Notes: generated by a model not told the origin, from the letters alone. Shown: positions 1 to 9,416, counted from the stretch's first letter. The stretch: DNA of 55,569 nucleotides from an uncultured Verrucomicrobiota bacterium (GCA_946624575.1 CAMOSH010000003.1:1-55569); one strand, 5' to 3'. Numbers and translations: made by a program.

Positions 1-370
1 GCCACATGTGGTGGGCGTTCATGTTCGCCGCGCAGAACGAGTTGTTCTGGAGGCGGCCGCCCTTCGGGTCCGGCTCCGGCTGCGACCAGAGCAGGATCGG
101 AACCTTGAGGCGCTGCGCGAACATCGGGGGCACGACGCCGAGCGAGAACGTGAGGAAGTGCGCCACGATGAGGTCCGGGCGGTCCTTCTCCCACTGGTCC
201 AGGACCTCGATGGCCTCGCCTTCGAGCGCGAGCATGTGGTCGGGTGCGATGACCTCGACGCCGGGCAGCGTCTTGAGAAACTTCGTGGCGTCCGCGCGCG
301 CCGCTTCAAGCGTGTCGTTCGTCCAGTTGACCTTGGAGAGCGGAAGGTATCCGATTTTGAATGTGTTCAT
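1..370 (-). CDS. L-fucose/L-arabinose isomerase family protein, N-terminal part (runs off window start)
   Basis: Not in the ORF track. Manual translation from ATG at 370: MNTFKIGYLPLSKVNWTNDTLEAARADA...FLTFSLG...VPILLWSQPEPDPKGGRLQNNSFCAANMNAH, resembling the fucose isomerase-like LW..PEP..GGRL..NS.C motif. Confidence 0.7.
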   Translation of the reverse strand, partial: MNTFKIGYLPLSKVNWTNDTLEAARADATKFLKTLPGVEVIAPDHMLALEGEAIEVLDQWEKDRPDLIVAHFLTFSLGVVPPMFAQRLKVPILLWSQPEPDPKGGRLQNNSFCAANMNAHHMW

Positions 371-472
371 TGTTTTTTTGTTTTGGGGGTGTGTGGTGTT
401 GTGATCGTCTTGCTGTTTGTGAATGTGAAAATGGCCATGGTGTTTGTCATCGTGGGGAATCATTGTGGCAGA

Positions 473-501
473 ATGATACTCCAAAGCCGCGTCTTGGGCA
501 A
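473..501 (-). promoter_or_regulatory. Putative sigma70 promoter of the isomerase gene
   Basis: Minus strand TTGCCC-17 nt-TATCAT about 100 nt upstream of the ATG at 370. Confidence 0.45.
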
Positions 502-631
502 TGGCGGGGATGCGACTGCACGGATTGCGTTCTTCCTTTTGAAGCACCGGAATGGCGGGGCGTCCTTGGGGCGGGATGATACGGGAAAGAGGGGTCGCGT
601 TCAAGGTTTCGCTGAAACATCCTTCCTTCAC

Positions 632-1051
632 CTAGCCAAATGATCTGTCAAGTTCCATGCCGCATCCGCCCAAGGCGAGGATGAAAAGCAAAAGAAGCCC
701 GACGGACGACCAGACAACAGCCTTGCGCGACTTGTGTGCGAACAGTGTCTTGAGGATGAATGCGTATGCAGCAAGGCCAGAAAGCGCAAGCACGGTTCGG
801 ACAACATTTGACTCAAACAACCAAGCGATGGCGACGGGCCAAATGAACGGGGCCAAGACGTATGCCGGAATGTACCACCGTTCCGTGGCCCAGTTGATTG
901 TTCCGACATAGGACAGCCCGACAAGAAAGTACAATCCGAAAACGAAAAGGCAACCGCAGAGGCACCCCTTTTTAGCCCCGACGCCTGTTTGTTTTGTGGA
1001 AGCATTCGGAGAAGCCGTTTTCGAACAATGACTGGAGATGTCGCTTTTCAT
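632..1051 (-). CDS. Hypothetical multi-TM membrane protein (possible immunity protein)
   Basis: 139 aa with about 4 hydrophobic segments; starts immediately after the stop of orphan toxin fragment 1052-1195. Confidence 0.6.
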   Translation of the reverse strand: MKSDISSHCSKTASPNASTKQTGVGAKKGCLCGCLFVFGLYFLVGLSYVGTINWATERWYIPAYVLAPFIWPVAIAWLFESNVVRTVLALSGLAAYAFILKTLFAHKSRKAVVWSSVGLLLLFILALGGCGMELDRSFG

Positions 1052-1195
1052 TCAATTATGTTCCCAGATTTCATTATTCGATGATGGAATAGCGTCTATC
1101 GCCCGACTTTCCATCGGCCCGCTCAGAGCCGGAATGCCACGGGCGAGGAGGACGTCGATGTCGCCAGTTTGGAGGAGGTTTGCCGTTTTAGCCAT
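1052..1195 (-). pseudogene. Orphan C-terminal fragment of the hydrolase toxin (47 aa)
   Basis: Manual translation MAKTANLLQTGDIDVLLARGIPALSGPMESRAIDAIPSSNNEIWEHN matches GDINGLLARGVPALSGPVGS of 4146-9416 and EVDELLAKGVPALSGPMGSRRIGEIP of 2350-2769. Confidence 0.75.
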
Positions 1196-1237
1196 GTCTT
1201 GTGCCTTTCGTGGATGATTCACTTGGGAATCTCCTTT

Positions 1238-2353
1238 TCACCTGTCAATGGTTCGGGGGGAGGATATGTCGCCATCGATTCGCCGGTCTCCCGGCGTCTT
1301 GTTGAAGAACCATTCCATGCGCAGCCCTCCCGGCCAGCACTCTATGCTACGCATTACTCCGTAATGGGGTTCCTGTCCGCTGGAAACATCATGCGGTGTC
1401 TGAAATACAATGTATTGCCCTTCTTTGGGTTTTGAGTCAATGAAGATTTCGCGACGCGATCTTGCGTATGTGAATTCAAGCTTTTGTGTGTCAAACACCT
1501 CTGGCGCCTCATGGCAAAACGGCATGAAGGAAGTCTTCTTCTCCTGCAAAAGCGACAACCCGCCGTTAGGCGAAGCCGAAAAGACAAAGTAATTCGTCCA
1601 GCCGATTCCTGAGCGGAATCCAATTCGCGGATCGGCCAGTCCTTCGCTGTAAAAACTGATGTGCCTGTTTTTTCCCTTGCCATAGGGCTCAACGCAATCC
1701 CCGGCCTCAAAATCGAACCAAACCCAGGTATTGGTGGGAAACTCCAGATTATTCAAGTATCTCATCCCGTGCAATAGTTCAACTCCGCTTTTTTCGTCGA
1801 GGACGACTTCAAGAAGGAGCGGCTCCGCCGTCCACCGCCCCTTGCGTCCTTCATCCCATGAGAAATGGTTGCTGAAAGGAAGGATGCCGCGTGACTCGTA
1901 GTAGCCTTCCTTTTGGATTCTCCAATGACATGCGTAGGTTGTCTTGTGCTTTGCGGGAAATCGCCCGTCTTTGTCCGTTTTCCCTTCCAGGATTCCTTCT
2001 TGCTCCGGGCTCCCTTCCTTGACATTGAAATACAGGTGGATTTCGGCGTCCGGCACTGGATGACCGAATCTGTCGCAAACTCGAATGATGACTTCCGCCC
2101 AGGCACCATCGCGCTCAAGTTCAAAACGCAATTGACGGGACTTTTCACGATCCGGCTTGTTGTTGAAAGATTCTGGTAGCATACCTCCTTGGGTGGAACA
2201 TGGCCCAGGTTCCGGCGAATGCCAGAAATCCACATGCGATTTTCCGTTGCGTGAAAAAACAGATTCCTCCGTCACGAAAAAGAATGACACAACTAGCAAG
2301 GCCATGCCAAGCACAGTCATTGTAATACCCAATTGCCTCAACTTGAACTTCAT
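1238..2353 (-). CDS. Putative immunity protein, N-terminally anchored, carboxypeptidase-regulatory-like beta domain; paralog of 3022-4149
   Basis: N-terminal TM. Shares motifs with 3022-4149 (GKTDKDGRF/GKTDKNGFF, PTNTWVWFDF/PTNSWVGFDF, LRMEWFFN..PGD/LRLEYFFN..PGD). ATGA overlap with the upstream toxin fragment. Confidence 0.75.
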   Translation of the reverse strand: MKFKLRQLGITMTVLGMALLVVSFFFVTEESVFSRNGKSHVDFWHSPEPGPCSTQGGMLPESFNNKPDREKSRQLRFELERDGAWAEVIIRVCDRFGHPVPDAEIHLYFNVKEGSPEQEGILEGKTDKDGRFPAKHKTTYACHWRIQKEGYYESRGILPFSNHFSWDEGRKGRWTAEPLLLEVVLDEKSGVELLHGMRYLNNLEFPTNTWVWFDFEAGDCVEPYGKGKNRHISFYSEGLADPRIGFRSGIGWTNYFVFSASPNGGLSLLQEKKTSFMPFCHEAPEVFDTQKLEFTYARSRREIFIDSKPKEGQYIVFQTPHDVSSGQEPHYGVMRSIECWPGGLRMEWFFNKTPGDRRIDGDISSPRTIDR

Positions 2354-2769
2354 TGCGAAGAACCCATTCTATTGCAAAAATCCGCGAAAACGCCGTAGAC
2401 AAATGGCAAGGCTATTGCTTTCACATCGCCATGTCGCCAGCCAGACCATTCTGGAAGATTACAACGCGGCCATGCGGGACCTCCAGTTGTTCCATTAAGA
2501 TTGATGTTTCGAGATTCCGGAATTTCGCCAATTCGGCGACTACCCATCGGTCCGCTCAATGCTGGGACGCCCTTGGCGAGAAGTTCATCCACTTCGGCTC
2601 GCGTCTGGTTGTCTCTGTAGAGGATCGACTCTGGAATGTGGCGGAAAACGGGATCTGCCATCAATTGATCCTGAGTGGCGTTGGCCTCCTTCTGGATGTC
2701 CGCCCACTGGGTGTAGAACTCGTCGTTCTTCGTCTCCTTCGCCTTCGCGAGATTCGCGGTCTTCGTCAT
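2350..2769 (-). pseudogene. Chimeric ORF: EcoRI-family adenine methylase N-terminus fused to an orphan toxin C-terminus
   Basis: First ~30 aa MTKTANLAKAKETKNDEFYTQWADIQKE resemble the EcoRI-family methylase N-terminal motif. The remainder (QLMADPVF..LLAKGVPALSGP..WPR..W.GW.H.D.K.IA.PFV) aligns with the last ~110 aa of 4146-9416. Confidence 0.75.
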
Positions 2770-2782
2770 CGCTTTCTTTCCC

Positions 2783-2980
2783 TTATCTCAAAATGTTGAT
2801 TTTTCGTGAAGGCATTTCGAATGGATAGCGCGGATCGCCTGGCTGTGTGTAGAGAGGGGCTGAGCCATTGGCGAAAAATCCCATTTCGGAGAACCCCCAA
2901 CCCATTTCCGAGGTGCCGGCCCAGCCGCCGATGGCGCTTTGCAGCCAGCGGCCCTTGAAGCGCTCCTGTTTATGTGACAT
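2783..2980 (-). pseudogene. Orphan internal fragment of the hydrolase toxin
   Basis: KQERFKGRWLQSAIGGWAGTSEMGWGFS is near-identical to KQERFKGRWMQSALGGWAGTSEMGWGFS of 4146-9416 (DNA about 4597-4680). Confidence 0.8.
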
Positions 2981-3021
2981 GTAGAAGATCATGGCTAAAA
3001 CTGAATGGCAACGAGAATCTG

Positions 3022-4149
3022 TCATTTTCCCATGTCCAATGGTGAAGACACATCGGCGTCCAAACGAATGTCGCCTGGAACCGGATTGAAGAAATACTCC
3101 AAACGAAGTTGGCCTGGGAAAAACTCTAAATTTCTCAGGATGCCACATGATGGCTCACTCTTTTCATCGTTGCCAATCTTAGAACGAAAAATAATGTAAT
3201 CCTTTTTTTCGAGGCGTTTGTCTTCAAGGATTTTGTCTTTTGTTCGGGCGTGAACAAATGTCAAGATGTTTGTGTCGAACGATGCCGGGACTTGGGATAT
3301 AAACGGAGATTCCGATTCGCCGGCTTCCGTCGCGATTACCAATCCTCCTTCGGCGACTTTGATGTGCAACACATTGGTATATCCTGGCGTTGCTCCTTTG
3401 CAAAAAGGAGAAACTCCGTCAGAATCCGAGCGAAAGAGAACATGGGGAGATTCACCCGAACCATACGGTTTGACCAAATCGCATGCGGCGAAATCAAATC
3501 CAACCCAGGAATTGGTTGGGAGAAATACGATGTCGTTATATCTCCTACCGTGGATAAAATTAGCGCCACTAATGTTCTTCAATTCAACTTCAACTTCTAT
3601 CGGTTCGTCAGTCCACCTTCCTTCCAGAAAAGCCTTTTGCGACCCTCTGTGAGTGAAAAGAACGCTTCCGCGCGATCCATGATACCCCTCCTTTGCGACC
3701 ATCCAGACACAAGCCCAATTGGAAGTCTCTTTCGCGCTGAAAAAACCGTTTTTGTCGGTTTTGCCCTCCACAATGCCAGTATGTGCGCATGGATCCGGTT
3801 GCGTGAACCCAAGCCGGACAGATGCGCCTTCAATCGGCTTCCCCGAAGTGTCTTTTGCGAGGATGCCAACGGCACCTTCGGCTCCATATTGCTCCATGTG
3901 GAAAATGTTTTCCTTCAATTTCTCCTTGTCGACAACCACATTGCTTTCGCTTGAACTACCCGTTTGGCAATTGCCTTGAGCGTTGCTGGGGGCTGGGACG
4001 GCTTTGGCAAACGGGACGGAATCGCCAGAAGGTCGTTGAGAGCGCCCGGATTGCAACAGTACGGCCACAACGGCGCAAACAACGAACATGGAGACGAAAA
4101 GCGCAAATCCAACAGTCAAAGTCCTTTTCTCTCTGCCCATTGCATTCAT
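3022..4149 (-). CDS. Putative cognate immunity protein of the large hydrolase toxin
   Basis: N-terminal TM, paralog of 1238-2353, ATGA overlap with the stop of 4146-9416, visibly lower GC than flanking housekeeping genes. Confidence 0.75.
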   Translation of the reverse strand: MNAMGREKRTLTVGFALFVSMFVVCAVVAVLLQSGRSQRPSGDSVPFAKAVPAPSNAQGNCQTGSSSESNVVVDKEKLKENIFHMEQYGAEGAVGILAKDTSGKPIEGASVRLGFTQPDPCAHTGIVEGKTDKNGFFSAKETSNWACVWMVAKEGYHGSRGSVLFTHRGSQKAFLEGRWTDEPIEVEVELKNISGANFIHGRRYNDIVFLPTNSWVGFDFAACDLVKPYGSGESPHVLFRSDSDGVSPFCKGATPGYTNVLHIKVAEGGLVIATEAGESESPFISQVPASFDTNILTFVHARTKDKILEDKRLEKKDYIIFRSKIGNDEKSEPSCGILRNLEFFPGQLRLEYFFNPVPGDIRLDADVSSPLDMGK

Positions 4150-7100
4150 TGCGAAACAGCTCCTTTCATGTTTATGAAAACGGGTCTGACGAAAGGAAAC
4201 GCGATATTTTTAATGTCGCTGTGAAGCCAGCCGTTCCAAGTGGACTCAAATCTGCGGGGCCAATCTGGGCAATTTTCCTCTCTGGCGTCAATGGTCAAAT
4301 CTCTTTGTCTATCGTGAGGAAAGTCAATCAACGGAACAGAACCTACCGGTCCAGACAGTGCCGGAACGCCTCGCGCGAGGAGTCCGTTGATGTCTCCTTG
4401 TCGCAGGTTAGCGGAGAAAATCGAAGAAGGCTCGTGGTTGAAGACCGGATCTGCTGTTAACTGAACCGATGTCGCGTTTCTGGCTTGCTGGGACGTGTAG
4501 ACCGAAAGCCGAGCAGGGATACCAACCTGTGCGCCAACTCCGATGGCATCGTCGTACATCGGAAGTTCGCCGTCTTCCCAGAACCCGATACCTGAAAAAC
4601 CCCAGCCCATTTCGGAAGTTCCCGCCCAGCCTCCAAGCGCACTTTGCATCCAGCGTCCCTTGAAACGTTCCTGCTTCTGCCATGAACTGTAGCGTTTGCC
4701 CCCAAGGCCGAACGGATAAACGGTTATTTTCCCGCTTCCGTCGGAATCCGGCGTGTCATATATCGACAGAACCTCGTCGCCGGACGAGTAGTAATTGTAG
4801 AGCGTTGTCAGCTGCGGCACGCTTGTGAAGCGCCCCTTCCACGTCAACCTGCTGCGGATGTCGTTCGTCGGGAAGAGCGTGTGCCAGCACGAGGCCCACG
4901 ATTTGGCCGGATAACCGACCCAGTCCTCGAACTCAAATGGATTGTTTAGCGCGTTTGTGTTCCACTGCGTGGCGTCGATTGCCTCGGCGGGGACGGCGGC
5001 GTTGAGCATGAAGTAGCGGTCGGGGCGGAATCCATGGTCTTGGATGGCGGAGCAGACGACCATGTTGCCGAGGCTGTGCGCGATAACTGTCGTTTCGCCG
5101 GAAAGCGAAGAGAACTGCGAGGCGAAAGTCGGGGCGGTTTCAAACGCGCGAAGAACATTGCCGTGGTAATTATCGCCTCCATCAAAGGCATTCCAAAGCA
5201 TTCCGTCGTTGCCATACCATGTCACGGCATGGAACAAGGAGTTGCAGCCACTTTGCCAGAGGCGCTTAAACACCTCAGAGTTCCAGCCGCGGGCACCGTC
5301 TTCGTCCACGCTGAATCCATGAATGAATACGACGTTCCTTTGGTCGCTGGCCGTGTCCGGAAACGCAGACGGTTCGCGTGTGTCGGTGGCGCGCGAAACC
5401 GAACCGCCGCAGGCGGCGCGTTGGTTGTACCACCGATAGAACTCCTCGACCGGCGCGACGAGGACAGGGAGAGTGGCCGACAGCGCGAGGTCGCCATCGT
5501 AGAGAATTTCGGCCGTCAGCGTGGCGGCGGCCCCCCCGGCGCTCCGGGTCCTGCCTTCGAGCAGGACGACTCCGTTCCCGGCGTTCTGGCGCAGGGATGC
5601 GACCCATGCCGCCGGAAGATTTGTCCCGCTTCCGCCAACGGACAGAACCGCCGCATTCTCGACTCCGGCCGCAGGGTCGGAGAGATGCCGCCCCGCCGTT
5701 TGCGCGGTGAAGTCGGTTTCGACGCAGCCGAGCGTCGCGCCATCGCATGAGAGGCGAACTCCCACCTTGGACGAGTCGACTCCCGAAATGTTGAGAATCG
5801 TGTCCAAGGCTTCTCCGAAGTCGATGTGGACGGGGAAGAAATCCACAAGGTCGGCAAGTCCGTCCACGACGTGGTTGTCGCAATCCGGATACGAGGCACC
5901 GGGAATGTCGCCGGTTGAGCTTTCCTGCACCGCCCCGCTGTCATCGTCGTCGTTGAGCCACATCCGCAGCGGCGATTCCGATGCCGCGTCGTTTTCGTCG
6001 ATTACACCGTCGCGGTTCCGGTCTGCAATAATCTGGGCGTGAACTGCGGCGATTGTGGCTTTTTTACGGAATTGACTCATCGGGACATTGCTTTTGCTGC
6101 CAAGGACCTCGTCAGGATCCAAGACAAGCGCTCCCATTCCAGCCGCGTCTCCCAGGAGATCGATTGTGAGAACATAGTCCAAATCGGGAGTTGCCATATT
6201 CGACGCAAGATGTTGGATGGACACTTCATACACGGCATTCGAGACGAGGAGGACCGTCAGGTTGTCCGGACGCCCGAATCTTCTGTTGGAAAGGGAGATC
6301 GGAGGGCGGGGGTCGCCACTTACGGGGGCGATGGTCACCTTGTATTTTTCCGAATTGCTTCCGCTGTCGTCGCCGAAATGGACAACGGCTTCGAGGACGT
6401 CGCGTTCTTCGAAGTCGTCAAAATCGAGCGGATCGCTCCCGTTCCGCCATTCATCATAGTCCGAAATGCCGTCGCCGTCTGAGTCCGGGTTGTCCCAGTC
6501 CGTTCCGAGGGATGCTTCCTGTCCGTTTGTCAAACCATCGCCGTCCGCATCGCCATCGCAGGCATCATCCCCGGTGTTTGGAATCCCGGGATCTCTTCCT
6601 GCCGCAGTTTCCTCGCCATCGAACAGCCCGTCGCCGTCGGTGTCATAGCCATGCGGATCGGTGCCGGCCGAAATTTCCGCGCCGTCCGGCAGCCCGTCGC
6701 CATCGGTGTCATGGTCATTCGGATCGGTGCCGACGCCAAGGCGGTATTCAAGTGTAAGGCCGGGATTGGCCACCGGAGCGCCATCGGCATACAGAAGGCG
6801 GCAATGTCGCGTTTCAGCACCCAGTGTTGCACGGGAACCAAGGGCGCGGGAGGTCAGGTCGCCGGCCTGCGGATTGGATTGGAAGTAGCAGATCCGGACG
6901 ACATTTGGACTGTCTTCGGAAAAGGAAACTTGGAACGAGACGGAATTCGTTTCGGAGACTTCCCCGCTGTAGAACCCGAACGAACGGTATTCCACGACAA
7001 ACCGCCGCATGCCGTTCGTGCCAAAGGTCGCTGCGGAAAGAACCGTGCCAAGTTCGTTGGTGAACGCCGCCAAATCGTCGCCAAAGGCATTTACGATCAG

Positions 7101-9416
7101 CGGACGCGATTCGCACGGCGACGATGGAATCCAATCGTCTTCGTCCGTCGCAAGTGCAAGAATTCCGTTGATTCCGAGAACAACGTTGGAACAAACACCT
7201 GCCCCGTGTGGTTGTATCGGGAATGGAAGCGGAATCGAAAGCGAACCTTCGTCCCAATCGTCGAAGCGGTAGATGAGATTGGTCGCGCCCGCCATGTCGA
7301 ACAGCTGCTGAGGACGATATGAGACGAGAAACGCCCCGCATTCCTCGGTGTCCGAAAGGCCATCGCCATCGGTATCGGACAAATACGGACTGGTGCCATG
7401 TTGCGCTTCGTCGATATTGAGAAGCCCGTCGCCGTCCATGTCGTCGAGCGGATGCGGATCGGTGATGTCAAGCGGATCGAATCCGTATTGCTGCTCCCAT
7501 CCGTCGGGCATTTCGTCGCCGTCGGTGTCGGAATCATTGGGATCGGTGCCAAGCGTGGTTTCCTCGCCGTCGGTCAGTCCGTCGTTGTCGCTGTCGGGAT
7601 TCAGGGGATCGGTGACGCCGTTCCTTTCGGCGAAGTCTGAAAGTCTGTCTCCGTCAGTGTCGGCGAGCGTCCAGTCCGTATGGGTCTGCGTGATCTCCAA
7701 GGCGTTTGAAAGCCCGTCCCCGTCGGTATCCGCGAGGCCGTCGGTGGGGTCGAGCGGGTCGAACGGCGGATGTTCGTGCTCCCATCTGTCCGTCAATCCA
7801 TCCCCATCCGTGTCTGAGAGGAACGGATTTGTTCCAATCTGAAGTTCTTCCGGGTCGGTCAAGCCGTCCCCGTCGGGATCGTCGCTTCCGGGATCGGTTC
7901 CGAGTTCAAGTTCCACCGGATCGTTCAGCCCGTCGCCGTCGGTGTCGGCGTTTGACGGATCGGTACCAAGGCCGAAATGGTATTCGATGTGAAGGCCGGG
8001 GATTACGGAACCGGACTCGTTGTGCGAAAACTGAATGCCGTCGTCTCGGGAAGAACGAGCGCCGATGGTCGCGGAAGCGCCCGTTCCAGGGCCGGAAGCC
8101 TCCAAGAAAACCACATGAATCAAATTTGTCTCGTTCTCGCGGAACTGGACCTGAAGGGAAACGTAGTCGTTAGTTCCTCCGGAATAGAAGCCGACATGGG
8201 AGAACTCCACAACGGCCGTTCGCGACGGTGCCTCGCCGCACACGGCAAAAGCTATTTCGGAATCCATGTCCGGCCGGACGAGCAAATCATCCCAGAACGC
8301 CGCAACCGTAGCGGAAACGGCATTCGCCAGCGGAAGGGCGGACACGTCCCAGTTTGCTGCCAAACCATTGCCGAAAGCCGCCTCGCCCTCCGAAACTCCG
8401 ACAAGTCCGTTGGCGTTTACGGTCAGATTCGTCATCGAGGCGCCTGTAATGCGGACCGGGATCGACATCGGAACGGAGACGCTATTGTCATCCGCGTCGG
8501 TGAAGAGTACGGTTTTGGTTGTTGCCGATGAAGTGTCGATACACCACGAAAGTCCATCGGTGGCGGAGCGCCCCCACGAGACCTCCGCCCCGTCGTCGAG
8601 TCCGTCTCCGTCCGAGTCGGTTGCGCAAGGGTTCGCGCCGAGAGCGAGTTCGCGGCCATCGGGGACGCCGTCCCAATCCATGTCCGAGTCGGTCGGGTCT
8701 AGGCCGAGGCTGCGCTCGATGGCGTCGGAAAGGCCGTCTCCGTCGGCGTCGCTCTGGCCGGCGAGCATGAAGAACGCGGAGCGGGGTGCGGCGGCGGTAT
8801 GTTCCTGGACTCGGGCGTAGATGTTTGTGAACGCAACGCCAAAGGGGGATTCAACTTTGTTTGTGTTCACGCGGAAGTTCCGCGAAACCACCTCTTCCCA
8901 ATACGGCAAGTCGCCGCCGTAGATGGAGAATTCGGCTTCGCCGTCTTCCGGACAGACTTCCCTGCGGTGAATCCACCGCCACGCAGGATCGTCAAGCGTC
9001 TGCTTGTGGAAAACGTCAATAGCGGCGTATTCGGGAAGGTTGGTTGCGGGCCAGGCAATGGAGAAGTCGAACTGATTGTTTCCGTCAAAGGCAAATGCTG
9101 TGAAGCGAAGGGCATTCGTGGTGGCGCCGACGCTGGGAAGCGAGGCTCCAGCCTGCGGGCCATTCATGACGGACACCAAGCTCGGAATCGACATGGGAGC
9201 GGCACCGCCCGAGCCAGTCGGCTTGCTTCCTCCGAAAACTGTCGCGACGACGACTGCGGCGACGGCGGCGAACCGCGCCAAGGCGGAACGTCCGTACCAG
9301 ACGCGGCGAATCGACTGCCGCAGACCGGACTTGCGCAGAAGAAACGCAAGCGCCAGTGCCGCCCAGCCTAATCCAAGCGCAGCCGCAAATGCCGTTGTCG
9401 CCGAGTCAATCATCAC
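4146..9416 (-). CDS. Large membrane-anchored protein: 2 N-terminal TMs, bacterial TSP3-like Ca-binding repeats, two nidogen-like domains, C-terminal alpha/beta hydrolase (putative lipase-type toxin)
   Basis: 1756 aa; many DxDGDG(L/I)xD repeats; AAFWDDL and NAFGDDL domains; VFIHGFS and AHSLG nucleophile elbow; GWLHSD near the C-terminus. Confidence 0.85.
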   Translation of the reverse strand: MMIDSATTAFAAALGLGWAALALAFLLRKSGLRQSIRRVWYGRSALARFAAVAAVVVATVFGGSKPTGSGGAAPMSIPSLVSVMNGPQAGASLPSVGATTNALRFTAFAFDGNNQFDFSIAWPATNLPEYAAIDVFHKQTLDDPAWRWIHRREVCPEDGEAEFSIYGGDLPYWEEVVSRNFRVNTNKVESPFGVAFTNIYARVQEHTAAAPRSAFFMLAGQSDADGDGLSDAIERSLGLDPTDSDMDWDGVPDGRELALGANPCATDSDGDGLDDGAEVSWGRSATDGLSWCIDTSSATTKTVLFTDADDNSVSVPMSIPVRITGASMTNLTVNANGLVGVSEGEAAFGNGLAANWDVSALPLANAVSATVAAFWDDLLVRPDMDSEIAFAVCGEAPSRTAVVEFSHVGFYSGGTNDYVSLQVQFRENETNLIHVVFLEASGPGTGASATIGARSSRDDGIQFSHNESGSVIPGLHIEYHFGLGTDPSNADTDGDGLNDPVELELGTDPGSDDPDGDGLTDPEELQIGTNPFLSDTDGDGLTDRWEHEHPPFDPLDPTDGLADTDGDGLSNALEITQTHTDWTLADTDGDRLSDFAERNGVTDPLNPDSDNDGLTDGEETTLGTDPNDSDTDGDEMPDGWEQQYGFDPLDITDPHPLDDMDGDGLLNIDEAQHGTSPYLSDTDGDGLSDTEECGAFLVSYRPQQLFDMAGATNLIYRFDDWDEGSLSIPLPFPIQPHGAGVCSNVVLGINGILALATDEDDWIPSSPCESRPLIVNAFGDDLAAFTNELGTVLSAATFGTNGMRRFVVEYRSFGFYSGEVSETNSVSFQVSFSEDSPNVVRICYFQSNPQAGDLTSRALGSRATLGAETRHCRLLYADGAPVANPGLTLEYRLGVGTDPNDHDTDGDGLPDGAEISAGTDPHGYDTDGDGLFDGEETAAGRDPGIPNTGDDACDGDADGDGLTNGQEASLGTDWDNPDSDGDGISDYDEWRNGSDPLDFDDFEERDVLEAVVHFGDDSGSNSEKYKVTIAPVSGDPRPPISLSNRRFGRPDNLTVLLVSNAVYEVSIQHLASNMATPDLDYVLTIDLLGDAAGMGALVLDPDEVLGSKSNVPMSQFRKKATIAAVHAQIIADRNRDGVIDENDAASESPLRMWLNDDDDSGAVQESSTGDIPGASYPDCDNHVVDGLADLVDFFPVHIDFGEALDTILNISGVDSSKVGVRLSCDGATLGCVETDFTAQTAGRHLSDPAAGVENAAVLSVGGSGTNLPAAWVASLRQNAGNGVVLLEGRTRSAGGAAATLTAEILYDGDLALSATLPVLVAPVEEFYRWYNQRAACGGSVSRATDTREPSAFPDTASDQRNVVFIHGFSVDEDGARGWNSEVFKRLWQSGCNSLFHAVTWYGNDGMLWNAFDGGDNYHGNVLRAFETAPTFASQFSSLSGETTVIAHSLGNMVVCSAIQDHGFRPDRYFMLNAAVPAEAIDATQWNTNALNNPFEFEDWVGYPAKSWASCWHTLFPTNDIRSRLTWKGRFTSVPQLTTLYNYYSSGDEVLSIYDTPDSDGSGKITVYPFGLGGKRYSSWQKQERFKGRWMQSALGGWAGTSEMGWGFSGIGFWEDGELPMYDDAIGVGAQVGIPARLSVYTSQQARNATSVQLTADPVFNHEPSSIFSANLRQGDINGLLARGVPALSGPVGSVPLIDFPHDRQRDLTIDAREENCPDWPRRFESTWNGWLHSDIKNIAFPFVRPVFINMKGAVSQ

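Noticed and set aside
6-643. Plus-strand ORFs 6-404 and 8-643
   Set aside because: Antisense shadows of the minus-strand isomerase gene
6430-8760. Recurring ccgtcgccgtc-type DNA repeats as a possible CRISPR array
   Set aside because: Degenerate coding repeats for DxDGDG motifs; no constant repeat-spacer structure and no cas genes
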